A stretch of 64,000 nucleotides of DNA from Octopus sinensis (taxonomy: Eukaryota), in the NCBI RefSeq assembly GCF_006345805.1, contig NC_043006.1, positions 59,520,001 through 59,584,000 of the forward strand. The letters run 5' to 3'. Below the pieces are notes generated by a model that was not told the DNA's origin, made no database searches, and was given only the letters and a program-made list of their open reading frames with translations. Both the position numbers and the translations under genes were made by a program. This document shows, piece after piece, positions 12,106 through 25,469 of the stretch (its first letter is position 1; every line of letters starts with the position of its first letter).

Positions 12106-13713
12106 TGACGGCCAAAATGTTCGGAACGGCATTGTTTTCGTCAGAAAAGTAGATATAATTTTTTATCAAAGTCGTTCTATATTCTATAATTTTCACAGAC
12201 AATAAATGCAATATTATTTGTTATTGCCTGAGATTTTGGTGTAATTTGAGAGGATAATACAAAAGTTATGGATGATTTAGTGATTTACTGCAAAACCCAT
12301 GGCGGCCAAAATGATCAGAACGGTGTTTTAGTATATTTAACCGGCGAACTCTAATGTTTTTAATTTGTTTACGTGACGGTTCGTTTACTAAACATTAGTA
12401 ACAATATTTGCAGTGTACTTTGTTAATATAATGCCACTTACTCCGTTACCAATTCGTCAGCAGATTATTAAGCTTCGAAGGAAGGATAATTTAAGTATTG
12501 GATCTATTGCAAAGATTGTTAACAAGTCATAAAGTGTTGTACACGGTACTCTTAAGGTCTACGATGATTGTGGTTCGTGTGAAGCAAGAAAGTTTACAGG
12601 TAGGCCAAGAAAAACGACCAAGAGAGAAGATTGTGCTATGGTAAAGTTGGTTAAAAAGGACAGATTTAAAACTGCTGCTGCTGTTTCTCAGAAAATGAGC
12701 ATTGTATTGAAGAAAACTTTATCTCGAAAAACTGTCTCGTCGTTTAGTTGAACATGACCTACAAGCAAGAGCACCTGCAGTGAAGCCACTGATCAGCTCC
12801 AAGAATAAAAAGTGTCGTCTTACATTTGCAACCAAACATCTGTTGTCATCTAAGAAAAATGGCAAACGGTGCATTTCAGTGATGAATCTAAGTTTATGTT
12901 ATTTGGCTCAGATGGGAAAAGGTACGTTCGTAGAAAAGTAGGTGAAAAATTGTCGCTTAAATGCCTTAAGACTAGTGTTAAATTTGGTGGAGGAAGTGTC
13001 ATGGTTTGGGGGATGATATCTGGAGATGGTGTGGGCCCTTTGGTGCGATTACATGGAAAGGTAAATGCAGGAGTTTATAAACAACTTGTAAAAGATTATG
13101 TCTTGCCTGTGCTGAGAAATTCAACTAAGCGGCCACCCATATTCATGCAGGACAATGCCCCATGTCACAAGGCTAAGATGGTCATGAACTTCCTCAAGGC
13201 TGAAAAGGTTATTGTTATGGATTGGCCTGCTCAAAGCCCAGATCTCAATCCTATTGAAAATCTATGGAATATTCTAGGAGAAAGTTCGAAAGCCAGAAAT
13301 CCTCAAACAACTGAGCAATTATGGAATGCCCTTCAGGAAGAATGGAATAAGATCACCCAGAAGAAATTGAAAATTTAATTTCCTCATGCAGTCGAAGATG
13401 TCAGAGTGTGATTGAAGCAAAAGGGCTTCACACTAAATATTAAATAATTCCAGTATTCTCTGTCATTTTTGATTATTTTGTTATTTTTTCAACCGTTCTG
13501 ATCATTTTGGCCGCCATTGGTTTTGCAGTAAATCACTAAATCATCCATAACTTTTGTATTATCCTCTCAAATTACACGAAAATCTCAGACAGTAACAATT
13601 AATATTGCATTTATTGTCTGTGAAAATTATAGAATATAAAACAACTTTGATAAAAAATTATACTTACTTTTCTGACGAAAAGAATGCCGTTCTGAACATT
13701 TTGGCCGCCACTG
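12103..13713 (+). mobile_element. Full-length Tc1 transposon with about 220-bp IR/DR-type TIRs
   Basis: TA|CAGTG...CACTG|TA; TIRs 12103-12325 and 13492-13713, each containing two copies of GGCCAAAATG(T/A)TC(G/A)GAACGG; 1611 bp. Confidence 0.93.
12431..13441 (+). pseudogene. Tc1 DD34E transposase (frameshifted; catalytic domain open at 12869-13378)
   Basis: FSDESKF, MQDNAPCH and SPDLNPIENLW, with 34 residues between the second D and E; the N-terminal HTH region has stops and frameshifts. Confidence 0.9.
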
Positions 13714-14015
13714 TATATATATTTCATTTTTGAATGTGATTTGCAAGATTCTTTATGTGAAATCGTGTATTGAAGCATATTTTATTTTGTCTGGGGAAAG
13801 TCATTCACTTTTAGTGCCTTATTATTTAACAGGCTCACCGGTTCGATTTCCACTGATTTAGTTACTTATTTTTCTCAAAACTTACGTTGCGTCTTGCAAC
13901 ATTTTCAATTGTCGTTGAGCTACTTTCTTTTTGTTTATTAGTTTGCACACGTGTGTGTTAGTGTGCATGTGTATACACCTGTCTGTCTGTCTGTCTGTAT
14001 ATATGTATGTATGTA

Positions 14016-14047
<32 letters not shown>

Positions 14048-14251
14048 CCGTATTTGACGGCATATAGGACGCACTTTTTTCCAAAAAATTTGACTCAAAA
14101 AAATCGCCCTGCGTTTAATATGCGAAGTCAAGACCCTCCTGTAGGCTAATCCTCTCCCAGACGCTCACTAACCTAGCTTACGATAAGTATTTCTACCTAC
14201 GCTAACGCCTTAATGATATTTTCCGTACTCATGCATCATTATTTTATTGCT

Positions 14252-14302
<51 letters not shown>

Positions 14303-14856
14303 GAGTGAGAGAGCAGTTCATGCCATCAAAGTGACACTGGGGTAAAATATACGAAGCCCAATATACCCATCATGACTACACGTCTGATAAGGGTACACCA
14401 GGCACATGCATCACAACCATATGTGCGCGACATGGTGATCTCATATCAAGATAAACAGCACATGACCTTGCAGGTGGGGCCCAGTTAGAATTTTCTTCAG
14501 GTTGAGTAGCCCATCCCGCTCAAAAGGTCCCTGAATAAGGATTGTTTAAGGATGTTGAAAGAACCACCCATGTTTCCAGAGGTGAATTATTCAAACCCCA
14601 AAGAATTCCTCTCAACACATGGCTATGATGCTCCCCCACTACTTCTGCTCGTGATCAGAGATGCACATATCGTCAGCCACTAAGGGACATGCTCAACTGG
14701 TTAAGGTCAAACAACTGACAAGCAAATCTGTGGTATTGAGCAGAATATTTGGTGTAGCCCATCTTTTATACCAAGACAAAACAATGTACATGATAACACT
14801 TCCAATCAGTTAAGATCAGAAGCCATGAGAGCCACTGCCTGGTACTGCATCAGGGC

Positions 14857-14921
<65 letters not shown>

Positions 14922-15394
14922 GTATTATTACTTTAAAATACGAATTATCGTAAAAAAAAATCAAAGCAATCTACCGTAAATTATTAGGCTGCGATCCATG
15001 ATACACGTTTACTAATATCAGCTGATCGGAACCCTAACTTGATGCCATCTGACGGTGAGGAGTAAAACTACATGATCGTTGCGAGTTCGTGTATATACGG
15101 AGGTAGGTTGGATATCTTGGTACAACAAAGTTTATGATCATAACAAAACACACTATAACAGTACAAGCACCCTCACGGCTATGGCAATACCCTCACGGCT
15201 ATTGTAATTTGTATGCTTGCTTTTATACAGCAATGTTTTCTGCTTTTGTAATGTGCTGCTAGACTGCTTTCAACAATATATGCTTAAATACACTTCAAAC
15301 TTTTTTTCCTGAATTTGACCTGCTGAAATGAGGGTGCGTCTAATATGCCAGTGCGTCTAATATGCCAGTGCGTATAATATGCCGTCAAATACGG
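14048..15394. mobile_element. Non-autonomous pogo/Tc2-like DNA transposon carrying a nested 560-bp repeat
   Basis: TIRs CCGTATTTGACGGCATA / TATGCCGTCAAATACGG flanked by TA; subterminal GCGTCTAATATGCCAGT repeats at 15337-15380. Confidence 0.8.
14301..14860 (-). mobile_element. About 560-bp (TAA)n-associated repeat (copy 2)
   Basis: Aligns with 8050-8605; (ATT)n on both sides. Confidence 0.85.
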
Positions 15395-15599
15395 TATATA
15401 TATATATATATGCATGCTTGTGTGTACATTTGTATGTATGTATTCTGTATATTCAAGCTTGGTGTTTGTATGTTTGTATGTATGTGTGCGTCTTTGTATG
15501 TGTGTATGTGTGTGTGTGTGTGTGAGTGTCTACATAACAGCCTTCTAACAACTCTACCTGTGTATATATATATTGTGAGTATTGAGATATGTCTACCTT

Positions 15600-17100
15600 C
15601 TACATATTTCCTATTAAGTACAAGGGATGTTTCGTTTATGAGGACGTACTCCTCTGTCTGTAAGAGTGTTTGGTCCTTCGGGTGCTTGGATAAAATACGG
15701 ATGTGAAGTTGGCCCAGTATGCCTCCGTATTGGTCTTTGGCCTCTTGGTAGAGTATGGAGGACTGTTTTCTTGTCGTCATATTGTCTCAAATGTTCATTT
15801 AGTCTTTCCGCAATGCTTCTAGTTGTCTCACCTATTTATATCATGTTGTCTTTACAAGCACCCTCTATGCACCTTATGCTGTAAACTACATTTCTAATTT
15901 TACAGTTAATGCCAGGATTAATCTTACATACCATGCAGTTGTCATTGGTGCATGTAGTATTCTCAAAGGGGTACGTCCTACGTAGTTGTGATCTGATGGA
16001 GCTCCCTGACTTTTCAACGATCTTAATGTTGAGTTAGGCCTCCTTCAGAGCTTTCCTAAATCTTCGGGCTAATTCTCCATGGGTTGTGGCCTCTACAAAC
16101 ACCGCTCCTTGATATTTGTCGGTCTTGTACAACGTGTTCATCATGTTTGCTTTGTCCCAAACTCTTTGTATCCTATTCCAGTATTTACTTCTATATCTAG
16201 GACAGGTACCATTGGTTTCATTACATATAATGCTATCTAACTTCTTTCTAGCTTCCCTGTATATGCGAACCCTATCTTTCTGATCATATCCAGAGAATTG
16301 CATGCAGTGCATGAAGTTCCGTACATGTTTCTTTGTTTCATAGGGTTTGCATAGTGGGAACACGTTGTTCCCACTATGTTCCTGAGTCTGCTATCAATAA
16401 GTTGATGTTCCTTTTATGTAACAAAGCTGAGTCCTTGTGAACAACATATTTAGAAGCTATGGGTCTCATGTAATAGGAGTGGAGGAACTGCACTCTGTGT
16501 TCACAGTCTCTAACCAAAGTTCAGTATCAAGGACAGCGAGTCTAATGTTAGGGTGTGTTGTGGGGTAATCGATAGTTACCTTGATACCTTGATACTACGT
16601 ACTGGATGATCTCCATTTATGCTCCTCTCGGTTTCTACATTACAGTTACTAGAGTTTGTCCTAACTAGAATAATAATGTTATCTACATACCTACAGTAAA
16701 GCAAAACAGTTGTGGATTGTTCCGCTAAGGATTGCTTAAGTTTTCTGTCTCACCAGACATGAAGAAGCCGGCCACGTCTCCAGCCACACCGACATCAATG
16801 GCTGCACCTTGAACCTGTATGTATAGTTTCCTGTTAAACTTTTCTAGGTGGTTCTTCAAGGTGGTTTTTACGCTAGCCCCTATTGCATGTACAGTCATTC
16901 TTTTCCCCTGACTGTTGTTCTCGGGGTCCTGGGTGGGTGTGGTCCATCCACTCCAGCGCTCTGCGGTGCTTTTCATCCCTGTCGAGGTAATGGCGGGTGG
17001 TCTTCCTCTCCGTGACCTGGTGAGGTAGAATCTACTACGATCGGGGTTATCTAGGTAGTTAATGGAAATCGAACCGGTGAGTGTGTTAAATAATAAGGCA
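15600..17100 (-). mobile_element. Degenerate Penelope-like element (RT plus GIY-YIG C-terminus)
   Basis: Minus-strand frames read LYIQVQGAAIDVGVAGDVAGFFM (RT QxxG motif), LLYCRYVDNI (YxDD-like), YYMRPIASKYV and GAVFVEATTHGELARR, then a GIY-YIG-type C-terminal segment (SILYQEAKDQYGG...EEYVLINETSLVLNRK). Confidence 0.8.
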
Positions 17101-17143
17101 CTAAAAGAGACTGACTCTCTCCTGATACAAAAATATATATATA

Positions 17144-18376
17144 CAGGGTGCGAAGGGTATTTGAGGGCAGTTTTGGTATACAATGAAACAACTATACTTC
17201 AGCATAAATTAATATGTATTTGACTAAACATTTGTGCAATTAGTCCTGATAATTATTTTTTAAGCAAATTACTCTATGAAACCGCATTCGGCTTCGATGA
17301 CTGCTTTAATACGGGATCGAAACCGCTAGCATGCTGAGACTATACGGTCCTTATTCATTTCGGACAATGGCGGCCTTCAGTGAAGCTACAGTATTATGAG
17401 GATGACGATTAGTCTCCATCTCATCAGCGCTCCACATTTAGTAATCTATGGGGTTCAAATCTGGTGAGTTTGGTGGCCACATATTGGGTGTTATATAATC
17501 GTAAAAATTGTCTGACGACCATTCTTGGGTGTTTAGGGCTTTGTAAGAATGTACTGAGTCTTGTTGAAACAATTATGGCCTTCCATTGCATACTTCATCA
17601 ATCCAGGGCTTGATAGCAGTTTCCAGTACCTCAATGTATCCAGCAGCATTAATTCTAAGACCCTCTAGAAAAAGTGGGGAGGCATCACATGACCTTCGCT
17701 ACTCACCACTCCTAAAACCATCGCAGTTGCTGGAAATGTCGTGTGCATCACTCATGGGTACTTCAGAAAGGTCTGCACTTAAACATCTGTCATTCCTTCT
17801 GTTAGACTTTTGAACCTGGTCAAAGTTTTTTTCGTCAGAGAAACACCAAAGCATGCTTTGTTCATGAGGGTTTTTCACTTTGTTAAGTAACCGTTTTGAA
17901 CGGATGAGATGGGTTTCCTGTGTCTTTGCAGACAAGAATTTGCCCTTCCTCATCACATAGGACTTGTATTGAATGTCACGATGTACCACAGCTTTAGTCC
18001 AATCTGATACCCGAAGTTCCTTACCAATGGACCTCATTGATCTTCTGGGGTTTTCATCAATAATGTTTTGAACATATATAAATTCCGGTGTCCTTTTAGT
18101 GTCTGGGCGTTGTGAATGTCTTTTTCTCTTTGATACAGGTGAAACAATACCATCACATGCCTCCAATTCCAACCGAACTTCGTGTACAAATGATCTTGCA
18201 ACATTTAGAAAGTTGCTAATTTCTAAATCACTGTAGTTTGCAAGTATAGTAACTATGACTGCATGTCTTTTCGTTTCTTGAGTTAGGGTAATCTGGAAAA
18301 AAACAATGCTACATTAAATAATTTGAAGGTGTAATGAGCTAAAAACGAAATGTCCTCAAATACCCCTCGCAGCCTG
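17144..18376 (-). mobile_element. Full-length but decayed Tc1/mariner-superfamily element (probably maT/DD37D-type)
   Basis: TIRs CAGGGTGCGAAGGGTATTTGAGG / CCTCAAATACCCCTCGCAGCCTG flanked by TA; ORF 17699-18172 has WCFSDEKNFDQVQKSNRRNDR. The subfamily call is from motif style only. Confidence 0.8.
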
Positions 18377-18534
18377 TATACACACATGTGTGTGTGTGCG
18401 TGTGCGTGCGTGCGTGCGTGTGTGTATGTATATATATCCACTTGATACTTAAAAACTGTATTAATTTTCACAAAGACTGTCAAACAAATATGTGTGTGTG
18501 CGTGTGTGTGTGTATACATGTATATGTGTATGAT

Positions 18535-18760
18535 AAGAGGGCGCGTGGCTTAGTGGTTCGGAATCGAGAGGTCGTGGTTTCAATTCCAAAACCGGGTGAT
18601 GCGTTGTGTTCTTGAGCAAAACACTTCATCTCACGTTGCTCTGCAATCGCTTCGACACTTGACGTGTGATACACCGTACACCTGTTCAGGCAACTCTGTT
18701 TGATGGAGGGAGTGAGCGAATGTACATACATTCAATCACTATAAACAAATCATTGTATGT
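18535..18760 (+). mobile_element. tRNA/CORE-like SINE
   Basis: TGGCTTAGTGG A box, GGTTTCAATTCC B box and CORE-like segment. Confidence 0.75.
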
Positions 18761-19849
18761 GTGTGTGTGTGTGTGGTGTGTGTGTGTATGTATGTATGCA
18801 TGTGTACCCTCTAAGACTATGAGGCCAAGATTTGGCAATAACGTCTGCTAATATGTATAAATTAGTTAAGATTAATGATACCAACAGATTCATAGATAAA
18901 TGTGTCGGCTGTCTTGACTAATTTTCCTACTCGGTGTTTCTTGTATTTTCCTACAGAAGTTCTTACCTTTTAGACCTCCTTTTTGATTATGCAGATTCGT
19001 GACCTATAAACTGTCCCCATACTGTTGCAATAATCGTTCAACTGACATATTTCATGTATGACAACGCTGTCATCATTTTAAGAAATAATATATATTCTTC
19101 AGTTATCTCGCATTTATAAAGACTGTAAGGTGTTATTTGAGGGAGATTTAGCAGCTGCTTTTTCTTGTATATGAAACAATGGAGCAGTGGACTGTAACAG
19201 TGGCTACACTGATATATATTTAGAATATTAGTGTCATACATAAAGACGGAAGATATGATTAAAGTACAGAAAGTCTAATTTTGCCATCCAATATCCAAAC
19301 AACTTGAGCTGTTTACTAAATGTCAATGGGGTAAACCGACTAGAACAAAACATGGCTGAGCTTGAAATGTAGTAGAGGAAACAAAATCAATAATTATTGA
19401 TCCTTAAATTTATACCACACCTGCAAAAGTGTATAGCTTTAGAAATATCTCTCAAGAATTTCCGCTCTCTCCCTCTTTATTCACTTCTAGTTTTATTCTA
19501 ATAAAAGAATATTTAATTAGCGGATTATTTTCATCCGGTCAAATTCGTGTAATATTTCTTAGATTGAATATGGTAACTTTATTTTACTAAATGGTTTTAC
19601 CATTTTAACTCCGGAACTTTTATTTGGCTTGTGCAATTTTGATATAATTGAGTTTGGAACTTCAGCATTTCTTAAAAAGTATAGAAAACTGGCAATATCT
19701 GATATATTTCAAAACATTCCATTTGGTAGATGGAAACCGTATGGAAGCCCATCATAGACATACATAAAATAAACTACCAGTCATGTACTACGGTCGATGT
19801 AATCGACTAGCTTCTTTCCCCAAGATTTCAGGCCTTATTGATCTGGCAG

Positions 19850-20042
19850 AATGGTTTGCATGTCGGGCAAAATGCTTAGCGGCATTTCGTCTGTCTTTAC
19901 GTTTTGAGTTCAAATTCCGCTGAAGTTGACTTTGCCTTTCATCTTTTGGCAGTCGATGAAATAAGTACCAGTTTCGCAGTGGGGGAGGTATAATCACCTT
20001 ACCCCTTCCAAAAAATCAGGGTTTGTGTCTATAATAGGAAGG

Positions 20043-20100
<58 letters not shown>
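19850..20100 (+). mobile_element. Meta-domain-like SINE, subfamily with an (ATT)n tail
   Basis: Same body as the 33538 array but a different 3' end (...ATAATAGGAAGG followed by (ATT)n); the same 3' end occurs at 61390-61595. Confidence 0.7.
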
Positions 20101-20101
<1 letters not shown>

Positions 20102-20405
20102 TGCCTGACCGTCGTCACTTGCCCTGTTTTATGGCTGACCAAGCTGGAGAGGTTGCTTTTCCATTCTCTGTGGAAGGAACGTGATCCGCTCGTCTGACAG
20201 TCCATCTGCTGTCAACAGTCGCTGAGTGGAGGACTGGGTGTGCCGTGGTTAATGATGCGCAGACGCACGTTGAGGTTACATCTCCAACATTTTCTTCACG
20301 GTGAAAAAGTGTGGTCGCCGTTTGTCAAGCCGGATTTTCCGTAGCTCGTCTCATTGAGCTTTGTCGAACAGCTGTTATCGCGTGTAGGACGGATCTGGTA
20401 TTCTA

Positions 20406-20464
<59 letters not shown>

Positions 20465-21010
20465 TGTGAGAGAGCAATGCATGCTATCAAAGTGACACTA
20501 GAGTACAAATATATGAAGCGCATCAGACTACTCGTCTGATGAGTGTACACTAGGCACATGCATCACAACCATATGTGCGCGACATCGTGATCTTATATCA
20601 AGATAAGCAGCTCGTGACCTTGCAGGTGGGGGCCAAGTTAGAATTTTCTTCAGGTCGAAAAGCTCATCCAGCTCAAAAAGTTCTTGAATAAGGATTGCTT
20701 AAGGATATTGAATGAAACGCCCATGTTTGCAGAGGTGAATTGTTCAAATTCCAAAGAATTCCTTTCAACACATGGCTACGATGCTCCCCCACTACTTCTG
20801 CTCATGAGCAGAGATGCACACATCGTCAGCCATCAATAGACATGCTCAACTGGTTATGGTCAAGCAACTGGCAAGCAAGTCTGCGGTATTGAGTAGAATA
20901 TTTGCTGTAGCCCATCTTTTATACCAAGACAAAACAATGTACATGATAACACTTTCAATCAGTAAAGATCAGAAGACATGAGAGCCACTACCTGGTACTA
21001 CACCAGGGAA
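20465..21010 (-). mobile_element. About 560-bp trinucleotide-tract-associated repeat (copy 3, more diverged)
   Basis: Aligns with 8050-8605; flanked by (GTA)n and (TTA/TTG)n. Confidence 0.8.
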
Positions 21011-21109
21011 TTTATTATTATTATTATTGTTATTATTGTTGTTGTTGTTGTTATTATTATTGTTGTTGCTGTTGTTGTTGTTGTTGTTATTATTATTATT
21101 ATTATTATT

Positions 21110-21290
21110 ATTCACTCAACAGATTAGACTGTTGGAAAAGAAAAGAATCCTAAAATAGGGTTATAACAAGTAGTTTTGGATGCCAAGAACTCTCCCAAGT
21201 ATCCTAGCTGTCCCTAATAACTCTGTTTTCTGCAGCTCTACTAAACTGGGCTTTTTACCTATTTCCTCTATCCATATGTTCAGATCTTTA
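21110..21290 (-). pseudogene. 3' fragment of an RLE-type LINE
   Basis: The minus strand reads SLVELQKTELLGTARILGRVLGI, the C-terminal motif shared with the 21847 ORF; (TAA)n tail. Confidence 0.65.
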
Positions 21291-21374
21291 TGGATAGTTA
21301 TCATTATTATTATTATCATTATTGTTGTTGTTGTGGTTGTTGTTTTTGTTGTTGTTGTTGTTGTTATTATTATA

Positions 21375-21431
<57 letters not shown>

Positions 21432-21459
21432 CATCATTATTATTATTTACTTTTTAGTC

Positions 21460-21730
21460 TGCATGTTTTTTACAGTCACTCGCCGAGACACACCCAGCGT
21501 CTTAGGGCGATGTTACAGTATGACTAAAAGCTTGAGGAGGAGAAGTGGCAGTGGCAGTAGAGAAATATCTGCATGTAACACAACACAGACATTTAAATTG
21601 ATAGGGTTTTTCTAAGGAAGTAGGAAGTACTTGTGAGTATAATAATCTTTTGGATTTCTCTGAGACATGGTTCTCCTGGGATATTACTAGATGTTTCTGA
21701 CATCCATTTCCTATCATACCTAGGGCACTT
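21460..21730 (-). pseudogene. 3' fragment of another RLE-type LINE
   Basis: The minus strand reads ALGMIGNGCQKH then, frameshifted, LREIQKIIILTSTSYFLRKTLSI; (TAA)n tail. Confidence 0.6.
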
Positions 21731-21749
21731 TTATTATTATTATTATTAT

Positions 21750-24700
21750 TCAGTAGTTTTATTTTTATAGCGTGCTTTCACTTCATTACCGAGCACAGCT
21801 CTGTGTGCCTTGGGTATGTGCTGTGATTTGTTGTGATGCTCTGATGTTATTGTATGGAAAGTGTTCTGCGTAGGATGTGTGCAGTGCCTAGTGGTGCAAT
21901 TTTCTGTATGTTATATGTGTTTGTAAGTCCTGGTGTTTTTGTTATGTATTTGTCTGAATATTTTTTTATCATGCCTAATGCACCTACTATGATAGGAATT
22001 GTTTCTGTTTTCAGATTCCACATTCTAGTTACCTCTATTTCCAGGTCTTTGTATTTTGAGAGTTTCTCCATTTCTTTTAGAGACACGTTGTCATCAGCCG
22101 GTATTGATACATCAATTAGAAAGCATTTTTTTTCTTCATGATCTCTGACAACTATATCTGGTCTGTTGGCCTTAATTTCTCTATCTGTGTGTATCGGCAT
22201 ATCCCAGAGTATGGTTGCTTTCTCGTTTTCTGTGACCATATTCTGCAGTTACTTGTAATATTTCTTTTCATTACATGTTTTTGGTAATTTCTGGTGGGCA
22301 GGCTTTGGTCTTGTGCTGCAATTAAAAATCCCTCTGTTTCTGCTTTGAGTCCTGAGCTTCTCAACCATTGCTGGGATTTTTCTTTGTCTATTTCTTTTGC
22401 GTTTAGTTTAGTCCAGTATTTACCATGAAGGGGCTTTTCTTGCCATCGTTTTATCATGGTTCGTTGCTGTTCTATTTTTAGTTTGGATTTCATTTGTTTT
22501 ATAGCTTTTGTTGTTTCTTCATCTTCTTCTTCTTCTTCTTCTTCTTCTTCATGTTTATTAGGTGGTATGATTTCTTGTTTGTATTTGTCAGCTTCCTTAA
22601 ATACTGAGAACAGTTTTTTATTTTGCTCGTGTTTTGCCGCTATCTGGATCAGTTTTCCTTCCTTCTGAAGTAGATATTTTTGCAGTCCTATGGTGGTTAT
22701 TTTATAGTAGTTTTCCAGCTGTATAAGGCCTCTACCACCTTCTATACGTTGTATATATAGTCTTTCTATGTCAGATTTTGGGTGATGCATCCTAGATCCT
22801 GTCATTATTTTTCTTGCTTTCCTATCTATTTTGGTCAGTTCATTTCGTGTCTAGTTAAGGATATTGTAGCTGTAACTTATAACTGGGACAGCTAAAGTGT
22901 TGATACCTATTATCTTGTTTTTAGCATTGAGCTCTGTGTTTAGTATTGATCTAACTCGTCTATAATATTCTTTTTTTATTTTCTCTTTCATTTGTGTGTG
23001 TTGTGTCTTATCTAGTTCATGGATTCCTAAGTATTTGTAAGTTTGGCTTTGGTCTAATTCTTTTATTTCATTGGTTTTATCTAGTGTGATGTTGTTACTC
23101 TTAACTAGTTTCCTCTTTTCAGGGTTACTTTGGCGCATTTTTCTAATCCAAATTTCATATCTATTTCTTTGGTAAATCCATGAACTGTCTTTAATAGTGT
23201 TTCCAGCTGTTTGTCATTTGCAGCGTATAGTTTTAGGTCATCCATATATAAAAGGTGGCTGATCATTTTGCCGTAACATTTATATCCGCATCCAGTTCTA
23301 TTTAGCATATCAGATAGAGGTGACAGTGCCAAGCAGAAAAGGAGTGGAGAGAGCGTGTCTCCCTGGAATATTCTTCTTCTAATGAGGATGTCTTTGGTTT
23401 TCATGAGTCCCTCTTTTGTTTGGAGGTGTAGGACTGTTTGCCATTTATTCATAGAGTGCTCTATGAATTTTATGATTGTTGGTGCTACTTTGTTAATGGC
23501 TAGTGTTTCGAGGATCCATGTGTGGGGGATGCTATCAAACGCCTTTTTGTAGTCAATCCAGGCCATACTGAGGCCTTTCTTCTTTCTGTGGCTGTCTTCA
23601 GTTATGGCTTTATTAATCATTAGTTGATCTTTACAGCGATATGAGCCTTTGCGGCATCCTTTCTGCTCTTCTGGGAACAGTTTGTTTTCGTCCAGGCTTG
23701 TTCAGCCTTTGTGATATCACTGCAGTAAATGCCTTGAACATAGTAGGGCAGGTTATTGGTCTGTAGTTTTCTGGTTTTTCTGTTTCATTTGATTTGGGAA
23801 TTAAGATGGTTTTCCCCTTCGTGAGCCATTCAGGCATTGTCTCTGGCTCTGCTAGTACGTTGTTAAAGTTTTCAGCCAGCTTTTTGTGCATTCCTGTTAG
23901 ATATTTCAACCAGAAGTTGGGGATCTTGTCATGCCCAGGTGCCTTCCAGTTGCTTAGTCTTTGCAGTGCCTGGGTGACCTCTTCAGTTGTTATGGGGGTC
24001 CAAAGTTGTTCAGATGCCGAGTTTGTTATTCTGATACTCCTTTTTTTGGTGGTTCGTTCGCCGACCATATTTCTCCCCAGAATTCTTCCAATTCTTCTGC
24101 CGTTGGTGCTGCAGTGACTTCTATTTTATTTTTCCCCAGTTCTTGGTAGAACTTTTTGGGGTTGGAGTTGAACTTTTTGTTTTCTTCAAAGAAGCGTTGG
24201 CGTTTCTTGTACCGGCGGATCCTTTGTGCTTTGGCAAGGATATCTTGCTTCAGCTTTTCTTTTATTTCAGGCAAATCTTTCTCTGTGATGTTATATTTGC
24301 GGAGTATTTTTGTTCTCTTTTTGTTGCTCAGTAGCGTTGATTGTTTGCTGATTTCATTAAGAATCGACAGGTCTTTTCTAATTGTCTTTATTTTGTTTTG
24401 GATGTTATTTATCCACAGGGTTGTTTGGTGGTGGTACTCCTTGTTTGGGCGGGTTTGGGTGAGTATCCAGCTTCTTTTGTGGCTGCAGTGGCTGCTGCGT
24501 ATATTAGGTTATTTAGCTCAGTGATATCACTTTTTTTTTTATTCAGTGGCTATCAGTTCAGTGACGGCTAGGTTTATGCTGTTTATAATAGGTGTTGTTA
24601 TTTTGTTTATTTTGATTCTTGGGAGGTATGGTCGGTGGTCCATTTTGAGCTCTGTGGTTTTCAGTTCTTTGATTATTTTATTTTTTATATTATCATAATC

Positions 24701-25335
24701 ATTAGGCTCCCCTTCGTTGTTTACATCGTGTTTGTTGGGAATGTTGCGTTTGTCTTCGTGTTTTACAGTTTCAGTGTTTATATTATTGGGCATTGTTGTG
24801 TGGCTTCTATCTACATTTTCCTGGTGTATGTTTTCTTTTAGGTGTTCTATTTCTATTTCTGATATTTTTTTTGTGTTGAGAATGTATCTTCGTACGTTAG
24901 CTAATTGATTAGGGTTCATTGCTGTATCCAAGTATATATCTCTATTATTTTCCTTCTATATTTTATATGTATGTGTTGTATTTTCATTTTTTGGGTAGAG
25001 TACTGCTGTGAAGTATGCGTGTAAGATAGAAATGTATTCCTCACGTGTCCATTTACGTCTTTTGGGTTTTATTTGCAGGACATGAGGTACAACGTCCGGC
25101 CCATTATTTTGACGGTCGTCATTTTCGTAGGGTACCGGTCCGTTTATTTCTGTTGTCACATTATTTCGCACGTGTAGTTTTTCGTACATTTTTTGTTGTA
25201 AGTTTAATGTACGTACCGCTCGATTGTTATTCTTGGGTTGAATAGTATCGGTGGCATTTAATTTCTTCGTAGTTCCTTTGTACATGGTGTTTGGGGTCGG
25301 AGATGATCGTGATGTTCCACGCATGTTTATATGTG
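21750..25335 (-). mobile_element. Near full-length R4/Dong-like non-LTR retrotransposon (RT plus restriction-like endonuclease), frameshifted
   Basis: Consecutive minus ORFs give RRKWTREE (N-terminal), NWKAPGHD, PENYRPITC, WIDYKKAFDSIPH, IFQGDTLSPLLF, LYMDDLKLYA, a partial Cys knuckle and the RLE motif RPDIVV...DVSIP...EKLSKYKDL; (TAA)n at both ends. Confidence 0.92.
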
Positions 25336-25339
25336 TTGC

Positions 25340-25385
<46 letters not shown>

Positions 25386-25469
25386 TATTATTATTATTAT
25401 TATTATATTATTATTATTATTATTATATCATCATCATTATATTATTATTATTATTATTATTCACGGACG

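Noticed and set aside
20530-20560. CTGATGAGTGTACAC as a hammerhead core
   Set aside because: No following GAAA or stem III; other copies of this repeat read CTGATAAG.
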